Below are positions 1 through 5,974 of a DNA stretch of 10,705 nucleotides, in pieces. Each line of letters starts with the position of its first letter. Position 1 is the stretch's first letter. The stretch comes from Pseudomonadota bacterium (GTDB lineage Bacteria > Bdellovibrionota > FAC87 > UBA2466), in the NCBI GenBank assembly GCA_043718025.1, contig JAYSWN010000107.1:1-10705 (forward strand), in the 5' to 3' direction. A program made the translations under genes and the position numbers. A model generated the notes under the pieces. That model was not told the DNA's origin, did no database searches, and worked only from the letters and a program-made list of their open reading frames with translations.

Positions 1-42
1 TTCGCACTTACCAATAAGTCGTTTGGCGGCGGTTTGATTCAT
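1..42 (-). CDS. 5' end of an unidentified gene running off the left edge (MNQTAAKRLIGKCE...)
   Basis: ATG at 42..40, open to position 1; GAGGG Shine-Dalgarno overlaps the rhodanese stop codon 7 nt upstream, suggesting an operon continuation. Only 14 codons are visible. Confidence 0.55.
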   Translation of the reverse strand, partial: MNQTAAKRLIGKCE

Positions 43-52
43 TTCTATACCC

Positions 53-292
53 TCAAGCCTTTTCCACCGGAAAACCAGCCGCCACCCAGTCGTCCATCCA
101 GGACCCGGTGACACACACCAGATTACTGAAATCAGCTTTCAATAGGGCTTGCGCGGCGGCTTCGGCACGTTTTCCCGAGCGACAATGGATGTAGATCTGC
201 CTATATGGTTTTAGCTTATCCAGGTGTGCTAGAACTTGATCGTGGGGAATGTTCAGACACAAATCCGTCATGGAGATTTGCTTGAGACCCAT
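53..292 (-). CDS. Rhodanese-like sulfurtransferase, internally shortened (possible pseudogene)
   Basis: Active-site loop IYIHCRSGKRA, NIP motif and a C-terminal MDDWVAAGFPVE signature; strong SD GGGAGG upstream of the ATG. The usual DVR...HIPGA segment is missing between MTDL and CLNIP. Confidence 0.8.
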   Translation of the reverse strand: MGLKQISMTDLCLNIPHDQVLAHLDKLKPYRQIYIHCRSGKRAEAAAQALLKADFSNLVCVTGSWMDDWVAAGFPVEKA

Positions 293-309
293 CTGACTTA
301 CCTCCCATT

Positions 310-337
310 TATAATATTATAATTACATAATATTATA
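310..337. promoter_or_regulatory. AT-rich inverted repeat (11-6-11), putative operator overlapping the rhodanese promoter
   Basis: TATAATATTAT-aattac-ATAATATTATA is a perfect 11-bp inverted repeat, holds two TATAAT hexamers on the minus strand and lies just upstream of the SD. Confidence 0.6.
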
Positions 338-347
338 CAAAGCTAAT

Positions 348-371
348 ATGTTGGGTCCATGGAACCAGCAT
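348..371. other. Imperfect 24-bp palindrome downstream of arsC (weak terminator or protein-binding site)
   Basis: ATGTTGGGTCCATGGAACCAGCAT, 10 of 12 positions pair; only a poor U-tract follows on the minus strand. Confidence 0.3.
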
Positions 372-383
372 TAAACCTGTGAC

Positions 384-797
384 CTAAGCCTTGCCGTTCA
401 GTTGCGGTAGACAGTTCTGAATAGTCTTTTGAATCGTATGCCGGGCCTCGCGGAACCACTGTAGCTTCTGCTCCTCGGTTTCGCCCTTGCCGGCAGGATC
501 AAAGACCGGCCAATGCCAGCGCTTTATGTTTCCGTTCACGACTGGACAAACCTCTTCAGCGCAAAGCGTAATGACGACATCAAAGCCGGAAAGGTCGATG
601 GTTTCGACGGACTTTGATTTCTGATTCGAGATGTCTATTCCGATCTCGGCCATTATCTTTACGGCGTAAGGGTTGACCTGAGAAGGTTTAGAACCCGCGC
701 TTTGCACGTGGTGAGTGGAGTCAAGCATGGCTCTGGCTATTGCTTCCGCCATCTGACTCCTTGCGGAGTTGGCGACACACAAAAAGAGAATATTCAT
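384..797 (-). CDS. arsC: Arsenate reductase ArsC, thioredoxin-coupled LMW-PTPase family
   Basis: P-loop [16 protein letters not shown] (CX5R), resolving Cys pair [17 protein letters not shown] motif; ATGA 4-bp overlap with the acr3 stop. Confidence 0.93.
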   Translation of the reverse strand: MNILFLCVANSARSQMAEAIARAMLDSTHHVQSAGSKPSQVNPYAVKIMAEIGIDISNQKSKSVETIDLSGFDVVITLCAEEVCPVVNGNIKRWHWPVFDPAGKGETEEQKLQWFREARHTIQKTIQNCLPQLNGKA

Positions 798-1891
798 GGG
801 GTTCCTTTCTGACGCCGTAATGTGGCGGTAACCGGCTCTGCGCCGAAGTATCGTTTCCGAATCCAGAGTGAGACGCTAACCAAGCCAATGAGCACCGGAA
901 CCTCAACCAGAGGGCCGATGACGGCGGCGAAGGCAGCACCGTGGTGAATTCCAAAGGTTGCAATGGCAACTGCAATGGCGAGCTCAAAATTATTTGACGA
1001 CGCTGTGAATGAGAGAGTTGCGGAGTCCGAGTAACCTGCGCCAAACCTCCGACTCATTGCGAATGCCAAGAAAAACATGATGATGAAATATAGAAGTAGC
1101 GGCATCGCAATCCGCACGGCATCTACGGGAACCTGAAGAATCGCTTCCCCTTTTATGGAGAACATCAGAACAATTGTGAAAAGCAGCGCAACTAGCGTTA
1201 TGGGGCTTATAGCGCTGATAAAAGTCTTCTCGTACCACTCCAGTCCCTTTGCGCGAACCAAAGTGAATCGCGTCACGAATCCGGCTAAAAACGGAATTCC
1301 CAGGTAGATAGAAACACTCCGCGCAATTTCCACTATCGAGATGTTAACGACTACTCCCTTAAGTCCAAACCAAGTCGGAAGTACGGTGATAAAAAAATAG
1401 GCGTAAAAGGGAAAGAAAAGGACCTGGAAAATCGAGTTGAGCGCAACGAGTGCCGCACAGTACTCGGCGCTTCCTTCGGCCAGCTCATTCCAAACAATCA
1501 CCATCGCGATGCAAGGGGCGAGACCGACGAGAATAAGCCCTATCATGTACTCGGGCATGTCCCTTAGGAAGATAGCGGCTAAGGCGAACATGACCACCGG
1601 CGCAATAATCCAATTCAGAACGAGAGAAAGCACCAATACCTTTTTGTTCTGAAAGATCTCGTGCAGTCGCTCGTACTTCACCTTAGCTAAGGGCGGGTAC
1701 ATCATGAGAATCAGTCCAAGCGCGATCGGGATTGAAGTCGTCCCCACACTTAATCCGTTGATGAAGGGAACTAGATTCGGGAACATGAATCCCAAACCCA
1801 CTCCGATTCCCATCGCAATGAAGATCCATAGGGTTAGGTAACGATTCAAAAAAGACAGACTCTTCTTCGGGGCACAAACGGGCTGAATCAT
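794..1891 (-). CDS. acr3: Acr3-family arsenite efflux transporter (365 aa; start reassigned to ATG 1891)
   Basis: [49 protein letters not shown] and [10 protein letters not shown] motifs with about ten hydrophobic segments. The extension to 2197 overlaps the VOC gene and is not Acr3-like. Confidence 0.95.
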   Translation of the reverse strand: MIQPVCAPKKSLSFLNRYLTLWIFIAMGIGVGLGFMFPNLVPFINGLSVGTTSIPIALGLILMMYPPLAKVKYERLHEIFQNKKVLVLSLVLNWIIAPVVMFALAAIFLRDMPEYMIGLILVGLAPCIAMVIVWNELAEGSAEYCAALVALNSIFQVLFFPFYAYFFITVLPTWFGLKGVVVNISIVEIARSVSIYLGIPFLAGFVTRFTLVRAKGLEWYEKTFISAISPITLVALLFTIVLMFSIKGEAILQVPVDAVRIAMPLLLYFIIMFFLAFAMSRRFGAGYSDSATLSFTASSNNFELAIAVAIATFGIHHGAAFAAVIGPLVEVPVLIGLVSVSLWIRKRYFGAEPVTATLRRQKGTP

Positions 1892-1913
1892 GATTAATGT
1901 ACTTTCTAAGGGC

Positions 1914-2393
1914 TTAGCCGCAGCAGCCGGATTTCTTTTTTTCAGGTTGTTTAGCTGCGAGGCCTTTCTTATCGTTAGGGGCGCAGCAACTGCTCGACGG
2001 AGCCGGGGCCATTTTTGCCTCATGAAAAATTTCGACATCTCCCATGAATTGGTAGGCCTCCCAGGCAACTCCGGCCGGATCCAATACCCAGGTCTTGTCA
2101 GATTTTGCGTAACAACAGGTGGTCTCTCCCTCATCAAAGGTCTTAAGTTCAGCTTTCGCGATGCGCTCTCGGACCTCCGCAAGTTCTTTTTCCTCATCCA
2201 CCTGAATTCCGAAATGGTCTAAGCCTGGTTTTTGTCCCTTCGCTGAAATGGCAAAATTTAGGCTGGGTTCCTCAACGAGCCATTTTGCATAATCAGATTT
2301 TTGCTTTACCGGCCGAACCCCAAACATGGTTGAATAAAATTTAACCGCGTCTTCGATATTCTCTACCGAGACATGCACGTGTAATCGTTTCAT
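1914..2393 (-). CDS. arsI: ArsI/CadI-family VOC (glyoxalase-fold) metalloenzyme, probable C-As lyase (159 aa)
   Basis: [10 protein letters not shown] start with SD GAGGAG; candidate metal ligands H5, H60, E112; [17 protein letters not shown] motif with vicinal Cys pair; ars operon context. Confidence 0.85.
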   Translation of the reverse strand: MKRLHVHVSVENIEDAVKFYSTMFGVRPVKQKSDYAKWLVEEPSLNFAISAKGQKPGLDHFGIQVDEEKELAEVRERIAKAELKTFDEGETTCCYAKSDKTWVLDPAGVAWEAYQFMGDVEIFHEAKMAPAPSSSCCAPNDKKGLAAKQPEKKKSGCCG

Positions 2394-2419
2394 GCTTTTC
2401 TCCTCGCGCCAGTGGCGCG

Positions 2420-2824
2420 TTAACAACCCATTTCAAAACAATCTATAAATCGACACTCTTTGGCATTCTGTTCGCCCGCCCCACAGAGGCGGGATAGTTG
2501 AGTGAGTGATTGTTCCATCTTTTTCAAATCCGAAATTTTTTGGCGGACTTCCTCAATTTTTTGGTCCGCCTTTTTCTGTACCTGACGACCGGTCATCTTT
2601 CGCTTCGACTGAAGTTCTACAAGCTCTTTCACTTCCCTGAGCGTAAATCCCAGCTCCTGGGCGCGGCGGATAAATCGAATCCGCGTCACTTCCTCTTCGG
2701 AGTACGTTCGAAAGCCGCTGTCTTTTTTAGGCGGCTTACGAATGAGTCCCTTTCGCTCGTAGAAACGAACGGTCTCAACGCCCACTCCAGCTTCCTTAGC
2801 AAGTTTTCCAATCGTCATATTCAT
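2420..2824 (-). CDS. MerR-family heavy-metal(loid)-responsive transcriptional regulator
   Basis: MerR HTH TIGKLAKEAGVGVETVRFYERKGLI, FIRRAQELGFTLREVKEL, coiled coil, and C-terminal C114, C124, C129, C134. Alternative start at the second ATG (2818). Confidence 0.93.
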   Translation of the reverse strand: MNMTIGKLAKEAGVGVETVRFYERKGLIRKPPKKDSGFRTYSEEEVTRIRFIRRAQELGFTLREVKELVELQSKRKMTGRQVQKKADQKIEEVRQKISDLKKMEQSLTQLSRLCGAGEQNAKECRFIDCFEMGC

Positions 2825-2830
2825 ATCTCC

Positions 2831-2862
2831 AGTCTAGCAGCCGTACCATAGTACGGAGTCAA
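2831..2862 (-). promoter_or_regulatory. mer-type sigma70 promoter with MerR operator in an over-long spacer
   Basis: Minus strand: -35 TTGACT (2862-2857), dyad CCGTAC-tatg-GTACGG (2856-2841), ctgc, -10 TAGACT (2836-2831); 20-bp spacer. The dyad matches the classical mer operator pattern. Confidence 0.88.
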
Positions 2863-3139
2863 TAGCCCAAACCCGATAAAAATAGAAACTAAATAATCTC
2901 CAACACTTAATGTAAGAAAGGCCAGCCTTGATACGAGCGAAAAACAGGCCTTCGTTTAAACCAAAGAGAATGGCGATGAAAACACTGCCGGCCAGACTAA
3001 TATTGCCAATGCAAATGGGATCTTTCGAATCACGGTCGACCGCATGAGAGCAAAAGAGGCAGTGTAGCTACCCGTATGATCTGTTTGATAGGCGAACCGG
3101 AGCATGGGGAGTAGGTTGGGGCGAAAGGATTCTGCTGCT

Positions 3140-4420
3140 ATGCCTCTCAACCGTTCGCTTGGGCTGACAATGCTCACATTTTACGGAACCGGAATGATTC
3201 TTGGGGCGGGGGTCTATTCCATAATCGGGCAGGCGGCTGGAAAGGCAGGAGACGGTCTTTGGCAGGGTTTTATAATAGCGGCGTTAGCAGCTTTTTTGAC
3301 TGCCCTCTCCTTTGCGGAACTCGCGGCGATGTATCCGAAAGCGGGCGGAGAATACGTTTACCTACGCCACGCTTTTCCGAAGCAGAAATGGATCGCCGGA
3401 ACCACGGGAATCATTGTTGCTTTTGCCGGTAGTGCCTCTGCCGCTACAGTAGCCATGGCTTTCGCAAGTTACCTCCAACACTTCGTTGAACTCCCTCCCT
3501 TTTGGGTAGCGAGTGGGTTACTCGTTTTCTTTTCCAGCATAAATCTCATTGGTATCAAACAATCGAGTTGGGTAAATGCCGTTTTTACTCTGGTAGAGAT
3601 TTTCGGGCTAATTCTTTTTATTTGGCTGGGCTGGCAGAACCCGAAGTTTGGCTCTGCCCTTTCTTCCACTCCTACTTTGGCCACGGTTTCCAGCGCGGCA
3701 CTGATTATTTTTGCTTACTTCGGATTTGAAAATATCGTCAATCTTTCTGAAGAGACCATAAATCCAAAGAAAACGATTCCTCGGGCCATTTTCCTAAGTC
3801 TATCGATCTCCACACTGTTGTATGTCCTCGTCAGTCTTGCGGCGGTTGCCTTGATGCCACCCGAACAACTCGCTCAATCACAATCGGCTTTGACTGACGC
3901 GGCGGCAGGTAGCTCGCCCAGAGTAGCGAGTGTGCTAGGAGGAATCGCACTCTTTTCCACCGCAAATACTGCCCTGATCGCACTTTTGACGACGAGCCGC
4001 ATTCTCTACGGGATTTCTAAAGGCAATGCATTGCCGCAAGTCCTGACGAGGCTGATCGCCAAGCGAAAAACGCCTTGGGTGGCAATACTAGCCGCGCTTG
4101 CGGTCTCCTTGGCTCTGCTGCCTCTGGGAAAAGTAGAAAAACTAGCGAGTGTTTCTTCTTTCACGATGATGATGGCTTTTATTCTCGTGAATGCGGCACT
4201 CATCGCTCTGCGTTTTCGGCAGCCGCAAGGCGAGCGCCCGTTTACCGTCCCGTTGCGATTGGGCTCAATTCCGGTTTTACCCGTCTTTGGAATCGCCATC
4301 TGTTCTCTCTTCCTCTTTCAATTCGATCGTCTCGTTTATGCAATTGGCGCTTTGGCAGTCACAAGCTCAGCTGGGATTTACTTCTTATACGCCTATTTCC
4401 GGCGGGGCGAACTTGAGTAA
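3140..4420 (+). CDS. APC-superfamily amino acid permease (426 aa)
   Basis: LNRSLGL...GMILGAGVY (TM1), FAELAAMYPKAGGEYVY, FAYFGFE, SRILYGIS, RPFTVP motifs; about twelve hydrophobic segments. ATG 3140 follows AAGGA; ATG 3104 is the alternative. Confidence 0.92.
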   Translation: MPLNRSLGLTMLTFYGTGMILGAGVYSIIGQAAGKAGDGLWQGFIIAALAAFLTALSFAELAAMYPKAGGEYVYLRHAFPKQKWIAGTTGIIVAFAGSASAATVAMAFASYLQHFVELPPFWVASGLLVFFSSINLIGIKQSSWVNAVFTLVEIFGLILFIWLGWQNPKFGSALSSTPTLATVSSAALIIFAYFGFENIVNLSEETINPKKTIPRAIFLSLSISTLLYVLVSLAAVALMPPEQLAQSQSALTDAAAGSSPRVASVLGGIALFSTANTALIALLTTSRILYGISKGNALPQVLTRLIAKRKTPWVAILAALAVSLALLPLGKVEKLASVSSFTMMMAFILVNAALIALRFRQPQGERPFTVPLRLGSIPVLPVFGIAICSLFLFQFDRLVYAIGALAVTSSAGIYFLYAYFRRGELE

Positions 4421-4539
4421 GATACCAATGCTTCCAGCGGACTCAGTTTAGCAAAAACTGTCATTGTGGGCCTCAAGGCGCCCAAAAACGTCACCGGTTG
4501 TGGGACTGCCCTGCCATTTAATCGCAGTAATTTTACGGC

Positions 4540-5130
4540 ATGGGACTTGCTCTTCCGGCTCCCGGGAAGGAGGCGAGCTTGTCCGTTAGTTTCAGTTCAG
4601 GGAATAAATCAGAACCTATAGCTATATTGAATTTCGAAGAGCTGCGATTTGAAAGAGTGGCTGGCCTTAGCGAGATGATTCATTGCTGGCAATCGGTCCG
4701 GCAAGCCCTGACGAATAATCACTATGGTTTATCCGCAACACGCTTTCTTCCAGTCGAATATGGCCGATTAATCAGTCATCAGTATTTCAGGGTCTTTGAT
4801 GGGGCGAGCCCCATCGCAGTCATTAGAATGATTCCCGATATTAACTTGCGAAACTACATTAACAATCTTTACCCGGAATTCCTCAAGATGGTTAACCAAG
4901 GAATGAAGTTCATTGATGTTGGACTTTATTATTCCAATTCAGCTCGCCCGAGTCAGCGATTGGAAATAACGAGGGAAGCCATCCTGTTTTGCACAAAGTA
5001 TTCTCAAAACTCGGAATTGCACGGCTTGTATGAATGGCTGACCGCGGCCCAACCGGGCCAATCTGAGCCGTGTGCCATATTTAGCAACATTCGCAATGGC
5101 AATAGCCCGAACGGAGTTGGGCCAGAATAG
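4540..5130 (+). CDS. Hypothetical protein, GNAT-like (N-acyl amino acid synthase FeeM / LuxI-like fold), possibly truncated
   Basis: Core FRVFDGASPIAVIRMIPD...GMKFIDVG...AILFCTKYS...HGLY resembles by eye the strand/helix pattern of FeeM-like GNATs; both termini look unrelated; start uncertain (TTG near 4627 possible). Confidence 0.4.
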   Translation: MGLALPAPGKEASLSVSFSSGNKSEPIAILNFEELRFERVAGLSEMIHCWQSVRQALTNNHYGLSATRFLPVEYGRLISHQYFRVFDGASPIAVIRMIPDINLRNYINNLYPEFLKMVNQGMKFIDVGLYYSNSARPSQRLEITREAILFCTKYSQNSELHGLYEWLTAAQPGQSEPCAIFSNIRNGNSPNGVGPE

Positions 5131-5470
5131 GCTCGGGTTTAAGGCCAAAAAATTCGGTAGGCAGCGGATGTCTGGTCTTCTGCGTAGGCTTCGAAAACCT
5201 CTTGCCGAGCGTAATTCGCCCTTCGCTGTCGGGTCTTACCGTCTTCACCTTTTGATATGCCTACATGGGGAGTGGCTTTACCCCCCCCGCTTGTTACTAA
5301 CCCTTTGAAACTTATAGGTAACTTTTAGAATCCGGACAGAGATTAGACGGCGAGGCAGAGCGTAAGGGAAACATAAAGAATATCCGCGGTGTTCCTTATA
5401 TCCCCGGCCTCCATTAAAGCGTACAAACAGACGGGAAAGCGCACAAAATAACGGGATGGGTACTTTTTTC

Positions 5471-5911
5471 ATGATACGGAAATCTACTGGCTTTAGCGTC
5501 GACACGCTTGAGAATGCTTCAACTAACAAGAATAGAATTCTTGTTATTGATGATAATGCCGCGTCATTGGTCCTCGATAGAACTCTTCTAGAGATGGATG
5601 GCTATGAGGTTTTTACCGCTCAAACCGAGAGCGAGGCCCTTACTTTCCTTTCCCAAATCGACGCGCCAGACTTGATTCTTCTTGATATGCGATTGGGAGA
5701 CATCTCCGGCGCCGAGCTTTTGGCTCATCTCGAAGAAAAAATCCCAGAAATCGTCAAGAAGGTTCCGGTTGTTTTTCTTACCGGGATGGACAAAGTTCCC
5801 GCGAGCAAAGCCAGTGGCTTTATTCGCAAAGGCGTAGATATTGATGATTTCTTAAAGTCTGTTCGTCATTTTATTCAAGCGGGAGTTGTGAATACGAAAT
5901 TTCAACACTAA
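5471..5911 (+). CDS. Single-domain response regulator (CheY-like receiver)
   Basis: ILVIDD, PDLILLDMRL (phospho-acceptor Asp), VVFLT, FIRK; no output domain. Start at 5471 or 5456. Confidence 0.9.
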   Translation: MIRKSTGFSVDTLENASTNKNRILVIDDNAASLVLDRTLLEMDGYEVFTAQTESEALTFLSQIDAPDLILLDMRLGDISGAELLAHLEEKIPEIVKKVPVVFLTGMDKVPASKASGFIRKGVDIDDFLKSVRHFIQAGVVNTKFQH

Positions 5912-5974
5912 GAGCAGTCGGAAGTGCAATCGATATAAGTTTTCGGTTTGCCCTTCGTGAACTGCGGAGCGGGC

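Noticed and set aside
1892..2197. 102-codon N-terminal extension of Acr3 in the ORF track (apparent fusion or overlapping gene)
   Set aside because: It is an alternative frame over the arsI gene with no recognisable motif; Acr3 similarity begins at MIQPVC (1891).
2394..2426. Upstream TTG start for the VOC gene
   Set aside because: It overlaps the MerR stop; ATG 2393 has a GAGGAG SD and matches the family N-terminus.
721..2851. Shadow ORFs 721-1044, 990-1238, 1437-1652, 1683-1877, 1890-2222, 2510-2851
   Set aside because: All overlap well-supported genes in other frames or strands and show no motifs.
2420..2862. Calling the locus a mercury-resistance (mer) operon
   Set aside because: No merT/P/A/B in the window and the regulator lacks the Cys82-equivalent needed for the Hg site.
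2956..3177. 73-aa minus-strand ORF and short plus-strand ORFs between MerR and the permease
   Set aside because: No SD or recognisable similarity; overlaps the permease start.
3469..4451. Alternative-frame ORFs within the APC permease
   Set aside because: Shadow frames of a clear membrane-protein gene.
5046..5123. 8-bp inverted repeat GGCCCAAC/GTTGGGCC as mobile-element ends
   Set aside because: Too short; no target-site duplication or transposase seen.
5131..5455. Possible riboswitch/ncRNA or phase-variable C8 tract (5281-5288) upstream of the response regulator, with an imperfect hairpin near 5366-5404
   Set aside because: No riboswitch consensus I can recognise; the hairpin needs mismatches and G-U pairs; the C tract is not within an identifiable promoter or CDS.
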